This document shows positions 25,423 to 32,731 of a stretch of 42,157 bases of DNA, piece by piece. The position numbers and the translations under genes were made by a program. How positions within the stretch are numbered: the stretch's first letter is position 1; each line of letters opens with the position of its first letter. Source of the DNA: a virus; the IMG/VR virus record IMGVR_UViG_3300001199_000019, positions 1-42,157 of that record, one strand, 5' to 3'. The notes under the pieces are model-generated. The model ran no database searches. It was not told the DNA's origin and was given only the letters and a program-made list of their open reading frames with translations.

Positions 25423-26024
25423 GTTTGGGTACCCACGGTCTGTTCGCTCAACGCCTTGTTGATCTTGTTGGAAATTTCAGTCAGTACGAGTTCGACGTGC
25501 TCAGCCAGGCGCGCGCGGATACGCTCCTCACGCTCGGGGTTGCCTTCGGCGAGAAGCGGCGCCACCTGGTCTGGCAGGTTTTCCAGCGCCGCGCGCAGCA
25601 CCGTGCCCGCTTCCGCGCCGGCAGCGCGCACGGCGGCGGTCTCGACGAGGTCGCCCTTGAGCTTCGCCAGCTCGATTTCGCGGGTCTCCGCGCGCGCCGC
25701 GGCCTCGCGCCGCTCCCAATGGGCGCGTGAGTTTGAGATCGGTTCTTCACCGCCACCCTCTGGTGTTGGTGGTGTTTCGTTCACCGGCGGCACATCCGGC
25801 TCGGACGCGCCATCGCGCCGCTCTTGCTGATGGCGGCGGCTGGCCACGTGCTGTGGCTGACCGCTTTCGGTTTCCTTGATGCGCGCCAGCGAGGCCTCGA
25901 CGCGCACGCGTTTGCCGTTCTCCGTCAGCACCAGGCGATCGGCATCCTTGAGTTTGCTCACGTAGCTCGGACTCCAGCCCTGGAGCCGGGCGAACTTGCT
26001 GAAGCTGGCGGTCGTTTCGTTCAC
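25419..26024 (-). CDS. terminase small subunit candidate (Nu1-like)
   Basis: 201 aa. The GTG start overlaps the upstream stop (GTGA). N-terminal HTH-like FSKFARLQGWSPSYVSKL, and a C-terminal REIELAKLKGDLVE block like the Nu1 family. Confidence 0.45.
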   Translation of the reverse strand: MNETTASFSKFARLQGWSPSYVSKLKDADRLVLTENGKRVRVEASLARIKETESGQPQHVASRRHQQERRDGASEPDVPPVNETPPTPEGGGEEPISNSRAHWERREAAARAETREIELAKLKGDLVETAAVRAAGAEAGTVLRAALENLPDQVAPLLAEGNPEREERIRARLAEHVELVLTEISNKINKALSEQTVGTQT

Positions 26025-26374
26025 GAGGCGGCCCTCTTCAGTGGCGAGTGCTCGGCGTGGCTCTCCATTACCTTGCCGAGGCGCGCGACCATCGAAATAC
26101 AGCGCTGCCCGCCCGGCAGAAAATGCGCGCTGGACGCACCGCTGTGGATAATCTGCAATTCCTGGCCGATTTCCTTGAGCGACATGCCACGCTGCAACAA
26201 CTTGCTCACCAACAGCGTCAGCGCCGTGATCCACTCGTAGAGCTGTGGATGATCGCAGCGCACGAACACCTCGAACGGCCGGCCTTCCTGCTCGTTGATC
26301 GTCACGTAAACCCGGTAACGCCGCTCCGGCGTTTCGACCACGACCTTGTAGGTCGCGCCCGGGAGTTGCTCCAT
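26021..26374 (-). CDS. stand-alone TSCPD-domain protein
   Basis: 117 aa. The pattern GATYKV....YVTINE..GRPFEVFV....EW...L..LVSKLLQRG resembles the TSCPD domain at the C-terminus of class II ribonucleotide reductases. Confidence 0.55.
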   Translation of the reverse strand: MEQLPGATYKVVVETPERRYRVYVTINEQEGRPFEVFVRCDHPQLYEWITALTLLVSKLLQRGMSLKEIGQELQIIHSGASSAHFLPGGQRCISMVARLGKVMESHAEHSPLKRAAS

Positions 26375-26387
26375 GCGTGCTGTCGGA

Positions 26388-26651
26388 TCAGTCACCGGAA
26401 CCCCGCGCCGCTTTCCTGCGTATGAATCGCTTGTGCACGACGATGGAGGCCGAGGCACCGAGGGCGCCGCCGGTACCGAGCCAAAACGCCCCGAGCGCGT
26501 CGGTGACGACGGATTCCTGCACGAACATCACTTGCGCTGCGGCGATGGCATAGCTCGTCAGCACACTCCAACCGTGGTTCTCGTGTGCGATGTGCTGCTG
26601 TTGCAGCCCAAGCAGGAATATCAACGCGAAACCGATGGCGAGCAGCGTCAC
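26388..26651 (-). CDS. small multi-pass membrane protein
   Basis: 87 aa with 2-3 hydrophobic segments and a basic C-terminus. Confidence 0.5.
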   Translation of the reverse strand: MTLLAIGFALIFLLGLQQQHIAHENHGWSVLTSYAIAAAQVMFVQESVVTDALGAFWLGTGGALGASASIVVHKRFIRRKAARGSGD

Positions 26652-26965
26652 GTGGTTCCCCGTTGCGCATCGAACGCCGCCAGCGCAGAGCGGGCGCCAT
26701 TGCGGGCTGCCTTGAGCGGCCCGAGCACGCGCGCATCGGCGACGGTGGCGAGGTATTCGTCGAGCGCCGCTTGGGTGGCGGCGGCATTACGTTCCAGCAC
26801 CGCGCGGGCGTCTGCGTGCATTGGGCGCAGATCTGTGTGCGTTGTACGCAGATGGCGCTGCGCATCGAGCAACTTGCCAGCGTGCCGTTTGGCGGCGGAT
26901 TTCGAGGTCACGCGCATCGGCTTGCCGGTGAACGGATTCATGCGGATCTGTTCCTGCCGGGTCAT
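26648..26965 (-). CDS. hypothetical protein
   Basis: 105 aa. It has 4-nt overlaps at both ends. Confidence 0.5.
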   Translation of the reverse strand: MTRQEQIRMNPFTGKPMRVTSKSAAKRHAGKLLDAQRHLRTTHTDLRPMHADARAVLERNAAATQAALDEYLATVADARVLGPLKAARNGARSALAAFDAQRGTT

Positions 26966-27096
26966 GGCACCAGCATCCGTACCTGTGGCGGAACGGCGGC
27001 CGGATCCGGCGTTGGACCGCCGCAGGCAACGGCCGGCGGTGTCACGTGGAACACCAGAACCGCAAACAGAACCAGCAGCCTTTTGCTTCGTTTCAT
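26962..27096 (-). CDS. 44-aa putative lipoprotein
   Basis: GGAGGA RBS. MKRSKRLLVLFAVLVFHVTPPAVAC has a lipobox-like AVAC and is followed by a Pro-rich mature part. Confidence 0.45.
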   Translation of the reverse strand: MKRSKRLLVLFAVLVFHVTPPAVACGGPTPDPAAVPPQVRMLVP

Positions 27097-27103
27097 CCTT
27101 TCC

Positions 27104-27357
27104 TCCATTCGATACACCTGATACACACCTTGATACACACCCCGATACACACTAAGTGCATGAATACACTTACTTGATACGGGCGATACATACATTCCCG
27201 TGCTACGCGCACGGGAAAGACATACCTATATATGTGTAACCGTCAGGCTCTCGCGCGCGCGCGCGCGTAAGTCCGTATCGCCCGTATCATTCAAATAAAA
27301 TCAATATCTTTGCCTGTATCGGCGCGCGTATCGGCGTGTGTATCGCCCGTATCGGAA
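27104..27357. promoter_or_regulatory. putative replication origin: inverted iteron arrays, hairpin, (CG)8 tract and AT-rich core
   Basis: YGATACAC occurs four times (27110-27150), with degenerate copies extending to 27191. A hairpin lies at 27197-27215 and a (CG)8 tract at 27252-27267. YGTATCG occurs six times (27274-27354), flanking the AT-rich stretch 27288-27314. The region abuts the primase-helicase stop. Confidence 0.6.
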
Positions 27358-29835
27358 TCACGCGCGCAACTCCTCCAGCACGCTCCTGAATTTGAAAAAA
27401 CATCCCGTCAGCCACTGCGCGGTGCTCGTGGCCTCGTCCTTCCATGCCCCCGCCTTGATGAGCGCCGACTCTTCCGGAATAACGACGCGCCGCGGGCGCG
27501 TGGGCCCGGCATAGGCGCACGACTCGTAGACGTGCCGGGGCTGGTTGCTCCAGCCCCTGATCTTGGCGACGTGGCCCAGGAACTGATTGCTCTCGCGCGG
27601 TCGCTGCACGCCGTTGGCGCGGCACCATCGGAGATAGGCGGCGTAGAGGTCCATGCTGGCGCACGGGCAGAACGGAAAATCGGTCTCGCCGGCCATCCAG
27701 TCCGAGATAAACCGCTCGACCGAGTCGAGCGAGATCGCGATGAGGTCGGTCTTGGCGCTGGTAACGGGCGGATCGGTCCACGGCCGGAAGTCGCCGAGAT
27801 CGAGATTGAGCAGGTAGTCATGCAGCGCCGCGCCGCCGCCGGCCTTTATCTCCGCGCTGACATCGTTGTAGAAGTCGCGCGACAGCTTCTCGGGCGTCCA
27901 GATGACGGTGAAGCGGCGGTCGTCCTTTTCGAGCACCAGCGGCTGGCGCTCGTTGGACAGGAACACGATGTTGACGTGGTTGCGCTCGTCGTGGGCGGCG
28001 ACGTTTTTCGGGTTGATGCGGATCCACTCGCCGGTGATGAAGCCCTTGAGTTTGTTCTTGGTGTGGAACAGCTCCTGGCGCGCCACGACCTCGTCGCCGA
28101 TAAGGAATAACTTCTTGCTCGCCCAATCGTTGAATTTGTCCTCGATCGCGGCCTGGTCGACGATGCGGCCGTAGGTGCCGTATATCCCCATGATGGCCTC
28201 GAAGAACAGGTTTTTGCCCACGCCCTGGGGGCCATGGAAAATCAGCGCTGTTTTCATCTTCGCGCCGGGATGCTGAATCGGGTACGCGAGCCACTTGAGC
28301 ACCCAGCGATTCACGTCGCGCGCGCCGGCATCCGATGAACACATGTATTCGAGCATCTCGAGCAGGTGCTCGCAGGAACCGGCCGCGGGCTTTGTCGGCC
28401 AGCCGCCCCAAAGGTTACAGCGGATGGTCTGGTCGGATTCCGTGGGGTCGAAACCGACCTCCTTGAGCCGCACCACCTTGCGTGCGGCGCGGGTCTTCCA
28501 TTCTTTCCAGCCGTGGTCTTGCAACAGATCGAGCACGTCTGGCTTCGGGACGAGCTCGTGCTCCTGGTGGTCGAACAACGTGCCGCGACCGCCGTAGACG
28601 AGCGAGTAGCGCTCGACGGCTTCCTCCACGGTGAGCACCGGTTTGAGCGGTTTGTCGCCCCCGTCCCCATCGTCCGGCGCAGCGAGCGGCGCGGGCGCCG
28701 AATGCACCCACCCCAACTCGGCGATCTTGGCTTCGGTCTGCGTCCGCACCACGTGAAGACCTTCGGCCAGGTGCAGGTCGTTGAAGTCGGTGATCTTCTT
28801 TTTGCCGCGATCCGTGGAAAAGACCGGCGCGATCCACCCGCCCCCTACAGCAAGCGCAGCGGCCTGTGCCTGTTCCACCCCCGTGTTGCCATGCGTATAG
28901 GCCGTGCCACACACAGGGCACTTGCCGAGCGAGACGAGGTCGAGCGTGCCGCAGGTCTGGTTCGGACAGCGGGCGAGGAAATCATCGTCGGCGCATACCA
29001 AAATGCGTGCGCGCGGGTACTGCCTGTGCAGTTTTTTGGCGACCGCCAGCAGGTTGCCGGCATCGAACGCCGCGGCCGTCGGGTAAGTCGTGGCCTCGTG
29101 CAGCGAGGCGGCGGTGGCGTATCCCTCGGTAAGCAGGACGATCCACGACGGCGCGCCGGTGAGAAGAAACAGGCCCTGCTTGGCTAGTCCGAACGGCCAG
29201 TATTGCTTGTTCGTATCCTCGCGTTTTTTCTTGACCTCGGGGCCGATGAACTGCAGTCCGCGCACCTGCGCGTGCTCGTCGTGCATCGGCACCACCAGCG
29301 TGCCGGTAGACGTGAACCGCGCGCCGTGGGCCTGCACGCCCTTCTCAATGAGGTAGGGGGACTCGCCGGTCGACAGGCACTTCTCCCACATCGTCCGCGC
29401 CCGGGCGGCCGCGCGCTCAGCTTCCCGCCGGCGCTGTGCCTCCTCGCGTTTCCGGTGTTCGGCGAGCCGGATACGGATCGCCTCCTTCTGCTCCTTTGTC
29501 AGCTCGCGCCGCTTGACGCTGGCCGATCCGCAGGCCGGGCATTTACGTTCCTTGAATGGGACGCTCTGCCGGCATTCCTCGCACTGCTTGGTGAGCTCGA
29601 TTTTTTGAGTGCCGGGGTCGTTGCCCTGGTAGACACCGAACGCACCGACCAGGTAGCAGCGACCGTCGATGTAGATATCGTGCAGCCAATACCAGCCGCG
29701 CTTCTCCCGGCCACGTCCCTCGACACGACACCGCGCCGACTTGCCGCCGCCGATCTGCAGCCCACCGTCGGGAATGATGAGCCCGACGGCACGCAGCTGG
29801 TTGAGCACGTCGTCGTAGTTATCGGCGACGCTCAA
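27358..29835 (-). CDS. bifunctional primase (Toprim) / SF3 helicase (P4/D5-type)
   Basis: 825 aa. TTG start with a GGAGAGG RBS. Zinc-ribbon CxxC pairs, Toprim-like LTEGYATA...CADDD, and a Walker A motif FHGPQGVGKN with downstream DUF5906/D5-like blocks. Confidence 0.85.
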   Translation of the reverse strand: MSVADNYDDVLNQLRAVGLIIPDGGLQIGGGKSARCRVEGRGREKRGWYWLHDIYIDGRCYLVGAFGVYQGNDPGTQKIELTKQCEECRQSVPFKERKCPACGSASVKRRELTKEQKEAIRIRLAEHRKREEAQRRREAERAAARARTMWEKCLSTGESPYLIEKGVQAHGARFTSTGTLVVPMHDEHAQVRGLQFIGPEVKKKREDTNKQYWPFGLAKQGLFLLTGAPSWIVLLTEGYATAASLHEATTYPTAAAFDAGNLLAVAKKLHRQYPRARILVCADDDFLARCPNQTCGTLDLVSLGKCPVCGTAYTHGNTGVEQAQAAALAVGGGWIAPVFSTDRGKKKITDFNDLHLAEGLHVVRTQTEAKIAELGWVHSAPAPLAAPDDGDGGDKPLKPVLTVEEAVERYSLVYGGRGTLFDHQEHELVPKPDVLDLLQDHGWKEWKTRAARKVVRLKEVGFDPTESDQTIRCNLWGGWPTKPAAGSCEHLLEMLEYMCSSDAGARDVNRWVLKWLAYPIQHPGAKMKTALIFHGPQGVGKNLFFEAIMGIYGTYGRIVDQAAIEDKFNDWASKKLFLIGDEVVARQELFHTKNKLKGFITGEWIRINPKNVAAHDERNHVNIVFLSNERQPLVLEKDDRRFTVIWTPEKLSRDFYNDVSAEIKAGGGAALHDYLLNLDLGDFRPWTDPPVTSAKTDLIAISLDSVERFISDWMAGETDFPFCPCASMDLYAAYLRWCRANGVQRPRESNQFLGHVAKIRGWSNQPRHVYESCAYAGPTRPRRVVIPEESALIKAGAWKDEATSTAQWLTGCFFKFRSVLEELRA

Positions 29836-30086
29836 GGCAGCCTCTCCAGCATCAGGATTTCACTATGTTTCAAGCTCATCCCCTAGCGACAAAGTGGGGT
29901 TCGAATTACCCGCACGCCAAGAAGCTGGGAAGGACCCGTTAATGCTGGCTTGTCTTGTTGTAGTGGCTGTTCGAGCGAGACACGCACAGTGAAAAAATAT
30001 GCGCGAAAAAACTCGCATCATGGGGAGACGGGGTAACACACGAAAGTCTCTCAACTGAACTGCCCTCCATTCTTGTTTTTTGCAAG

Positions 30087-30106
30087 CATCAACATCTAGG
30101 TTGATG
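30087..30106. repeat. perfect palindrome CATCAAC-ATCTAG-GTTGATG in a 360-nt non-coding stretch
   Basis: Read directly. The surrounding region 29836..30195 has no convincing ORF and is visibly less GC-rich. Confidence 0.6.
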
Positions 30107-30195
30107 ATGTGCCGGGACCTACCTGAGCATCACGACCAAGGCAGTCCATCCGTCGCCGGCATTAGGTACTACTTATCGCTTCGTTCCTTCGGAAT

Positions 30196-30804
30196 TCAAT
30201 CCGCCTGCGGCTTCGCAAACACGAGATCGTCTACCCGCCGACCCATCACTTGGTGCTCGATCCGCTCACGCATCTCGACGAGCACGGCGAGCGCCTGCTC
30301 GATCTCATTCAATGCAACCGGCGCCAAGTTGGTATCACGCGTATCGATGCGGCCGTCCTTGAGCATCTCCGAGATCGCGACGATAGCCTCGCCCGCTTCC
30401 TTCGCGACTCTTCCCAGGTTCGCGGCATCGGCGCCGGCCATGTTGTGCGGCATGGGCACCGCCAGCAGGTCCTGCCGTCGGGCCATCTCCTGCTGCAATG
30501 CGAAGCGGCGCTCCGCGGGGAACGCCGCAATAAACGCCTCCAGGGCCTCGACGGGGAAACGCGCATGCACGTCATCACGAAACCAGCGACTGAGCTTCTC
30601 GGCGTCACGGCGCATCCGTGTCGTGGGGTCCGGGTGCTGACTCCACTCGATGGAGCGCGAAGATGGGGGCACCAGGTGTTCGTGGTGCTGGCGCACGTCA
30701 GTCGCGAAAACGTACTCGGAAATAGAAGTCTCATGCAGCAACCGGCGATAGTGCTGCTCCAGTACTTGGGGCATCGTGGGATGCGACCCACGCCGCATAG
30801 TCAT
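30196..30804 (-). CDS. hypothetical regulatory protein (possible CII/CP76-like)
   Basis: 202 aa. Called from its position between the cro region and the replication genes, plus a weak resemblance of the C-terminal half to CP76-type CII proteins. Confidence 0.3.
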   Translation of the reverse strand: MTMRRGSHPTMPQVLEQHYRRLLHETSISEYVFATDVRQHHEHLVPPSSRSIEWSQHPDPTTRMRRDAEKLSRWFRDDVHARFPVEALEAFIAAFPAERRFALQQEMARRQDLLAVPMPHNMAGADAANLGRVAKEAGEAIVAISEMLKDGRIDTRDTNLAPVALNEIEQALAVLVEMRERIEHQVMGRRVDDLVFAKPQAD

Positions 30805-30836
30805 GACAACCGCTCCCAGCCATCCTGTATCGGCAC

Positions 30837-30867
30837 GAAAAAAGAACGGCCGCCCGCAAGGGCGGCC
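30837..30867 (-). terminator. rho-independent terminator between the cro-proximal genes and the CII-like/replication genes (tR1-like)
   Basis: On the minus strand: an 8-bp stem GGCCGCCC/GGGCGGCC, a TTGC loop, then GTTCTTTTTT. Confidence 0.6.
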
Positions 30868-30925
30868 AAACCACCACTAGGAGGATGGAGGAGCACTGCC
30901 GATGAAGAAACTGGAACAAGGGAGG

Positions 30926-31135
30926 TCATGTGGATTTTGCCCTGATTTTCTTAAGGGCACCGTTCAGTCGCAGCACCTTGTTGATTCCGGGGTCGCTGAA
31001 CTCGCCAGCCAAAAACTTGTGGTACCACCGACGCTTGATGTCAGCCGCTTTGCATATCTCAGCCACGGTCATATCGACTTGCCGCGCCAGGCGTTGGGTT
31101 TCGATGACGACGCTGTGCTGTTGGGACTTCTTCAT
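30926..31135 (-). CDS. small HTH-like protein
   Basis: About 69 aa. MTVAEICKAADIKRRWYHKF resembles an HTH. Its start overlaps the cro-like stop. Confidence 0.4.
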   Translation of the reverse strand: MKKSQQHSVVIETQRLARQVDMTVAEICKAADIKRRWYHKFLAGEFSDPGINKVLRLNGALKKIRAKST

Positions 31136-31347
31136 CACGACGCCGCCCGTCGAATCGCAGACACAGCGCGCTGCAGCGGGTTGGGCGACTTAAATTTGCC
31201 GAGCCGTACAGCCGCACCAGTCACGCGGTCAATCTGCTCCTGCGGCAATTCATCCGGCCATTGGTAGATGGCCTGCGGCGTGATATCGAGCGCGGCCGCC
31301 AATTCCTTGACCGTGTTGAAAAGCGAGATTGCTTCGTGTTTTTTCAT
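31135..31347 (-). CDS. Cro/YdaS-like HTH regulator
   Basis: 70 aa. LFNTVKELAAALDITPQAIYQWPDELP is typical of Cro/YdaS-type proteins. It is divergent from the cI-like gene. Confidence 0.6.
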   Translation of the reverse strand: MKKHEAISLFNTVKELAAALDITPQAIYQWPDELPQEQIDRVTGAAVRLGKFKSPNPLQRAVSAIRRAAS

Positions 31348-31357
31348 AGGGGCGCAC

Positions 31358-31387
31358 ATGGTAAGCATTCTTACGTATAACAGTCAA
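31358..31387 (-). promoter_or_regulatory. cro-side early promoter candidate: TTGACT-N18-TACCAT with an embedded operator
   Basis: On the minus strand: TTGACT, 7 nt, then GTAAG-aatg-CTTAC. This architecture matches the promoter at 32732. Confidence 0.5.
31361..31374. promoter_or_regulatory. operator copy 1, GTAAG-N4-CTTAC
   Basis: A perfect 5+5 inverted repeat, read directly. Confidence 0.6.
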
Positions 31388-31419
31388 TACACTTACGGTT
31401 ACGGGCGGCGGTTTATTCA

Positions 31420-31433
31420 GTAAGCTGGCTTAC
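31420..31433. promoter_or_regulatory. operator copy 2, GTAAG-N4-CTTAC, abutting the repressor ATG
   Basis: A perfect inverted repeat ending 1 nt before the ATG at 31434. Half-sites CTTAC/GTTAC lie at 31392-31403. Confidence 0.6.
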
Positions 31434-31778
31434 ATGGAACTAAAGCAACGCATTAAAACAGCGAGAAAAGCAGCGCGGCTAACGCAAGAACAGCTCGCCA
31501 AGCGCGTGGGTGTTTCTCGGCCCGCCGTCGTGCAATGGGAGAGCGGCCATACCAAGGCGCTCGATGGTGCCAATCTCGTCCGCGCGGCTATAGCGACCGA
31601 TGTCGAGCCGCTGTGGCTTGCTACGGAGGAAGGACCAATGCACGCATACATGGTGCGGGACGAACCCTATACCGTGCCGCGCGATCTTGTTCAGGCATGG
31701 CAGTGCATGGACAAGAAATCACGCGACCACCTCCTTGCCATCGCAACCACACTGGCCGAGAAAAATAAAAGAGCTTAA
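31434..31778 (+). CDS. cI-like XRE-family repressor
   Basis: 114 aa. IKTARKAARLTQEQLAKRVGVSRPAVVQWESG is a classic XRE HTH. There is no Shine-Dalgarno sequence before the ATG. It is divergent from the cro-like gene. Confidence 0.75.
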   Translation: MELKQRIKTARKAARLTQEQLAKRVGVSRPAVVQWESGHTKALDGANLVRAAIATDVEPLWLATEEGPMHAYMVRDEPYTVPRDLVQAWQCMDKKSRDHLLAIATTLAEKNKRA

Positions 31779-31787
31779 GATAACGAC

Positions 31788-32162
31788 ATGGAATGGCTGA
31801 TCCTGTGGATCGGGTTGTCGGTGATCGCCGCCGTAATTGCAGCAAACAAAGGCCGTTCGGCTATTGGTTTCTTCTTCCTGGCCATCCTACTCTCGCCCAT
31901 CATCGGAATCCTTGCCGCCTTCATCGTGCAGCCGAACACTGCTCGCATCGAGGACGATAAGCTCGCCGGCGGCGAAACACGGCGCTGCCAGCATTGCGCT
32001 GAGATCGTCCGTTCGGAGGCGCGCATCTGCAAACACTGTGGCCGGGAGCTTGTACCCTTGGAAACAAATCATACCGAGGAGCAATGGGACCGGTTCGTAG
32101 CGACGCTTGAAAAGCGCCCGAAGACGCCACCAGCTACAGGAGATAAAAATGGCACTGATTAA
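31788..32162 (+). CDS. 2-TM membrane protein with a C-terminal zinc ribbon (lysogeny-operon gene)
   Basis: 124 aa. Two N-terminal TM helices, then CQHC...CKHC. It lies downstream of the repressor and upstream of the operon terminator. Confidence 0.6.
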   Translation: MEWLILWIGLSVIAAVIAANKGRSAIGFFFLAILLSPIIGILAAFIVQPNTARIEDDKLAGGETRRCQHCAEIVRSEARICKHCGRELVPLETNHTEEQWDRFVATLEKRPKTPPATGDKNGTD

Positions 32163-32655
32163 ATGCCATGAATGCGAGAAGGAAATCAGCGACGAAGCGA
32201 AGACATGTCCACACTGCGGCGCGAAACCAAAAACAGGCATGGGAATCGGTAAAGTATTAGTGCTGGCACTTTTCGTATTGTTCGTAATCTCCATGGTCAT
32301 GGGCAAAATTTCCTCCGAGAATGCGGAGGAACAAGAATCCACTCGGCGCTCGGCACTCACGCCAGCGGAGCGCGCGACCGAGGACAGGATAAGGGCCGCA
32401 GCAAAGAAAATCCCCGACGCGAGATGGGCCTGTCAGCAGGCACTCATACAAAGCCTGCACGACCCGGACAGCGCGAAACTTGAGCGCGCGAATACCTGGT
32501 ATGCCGAAAATCAGAAAGGCGGGACAGTCCTTGTTCAGCCGACTGGTCGCGCTAAAAACGCCTTCGGCGCCTATATCCAGGGCACATGGGATTGCGTGAC
32601 CAAACAGATTAACGGCAATACCGTGGTCCTGTCTTTGAAGCAAATACGCCCGTAG
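32149..32655 (+). CDS. N-terminal zinc ribbon / single-TM / extracytoplasmic-domain protein (lysogeny-operon gene)
   Basis: 168 aa. GGAGA RBS. CHEC...CPHC, a TM segment VLVLALFVLFVISMVMG, then a soluble domain with two Cys. The DNA is visibly AT-richer here. Confidence 0.6.
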   Translation: MALIKCHECEKEISDEAKTCPHCGAKPKTGMGIGKVLVLALFVLFVISMVMGKISSENAEEQESTRRSALTPAERATEDRIRAAAKKIPDARWACQQALIQSLHDPDSAKLERANTWYAENQKGGTVLVQPTGRAKNAFGAYIQGTWDCVTKQINGNTVVLSLKQIRP

Positions 32656-32681
32656 TTACCAGCTTCTCGCCCTACTGCTAA

Positions 32682-32708
32682 AGCCCCGCTCTGCGGGGCT
32701 TTTTGCTT
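32682..32708 (+). terminator. rho-independent terminator of the repressor operon
   Basis: An 8-bp stem AGCCCCGC/GCGGGGCT and a 3-nt loop, followed by TTTT. Confidence 0.8.
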
Positions 32709-32731
32709 TACACGTTCCGACCGTTAGCGTG

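Noticed and set aside
27104-27357. Short repeat array considered as a CRISPR array.
   Set aside because: The repeats are only 7-8 nt at 9-12-nt spacing, and they occur in two opposed orientations around an AT-rich core. There are no 25-40-nt unique spacers and no cas genes. An iteron-type origin fits better.
29894-29920. tRNA-like T-loop sequence GGTTCGAAT followed by ...GCACGCCA.
   Set aside because: I could not fold a 5-bp T-stem or a matching 7-bp acceptor stem on either side, and no anticodon arm is evident. It is at most a degenerate tRNA fragment. tRNAscan-SE or ARAGORN would settle it.
30902-31267. 121-aa plus-strand ORF with an AGGAGG-like sequence upstream.
   Set aside because: It is antisense to the cro-like gene and the following small gene, which fit the divergent-switch layout. 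Its product has no recognisable features. The apparent RBS is probably coincidental.
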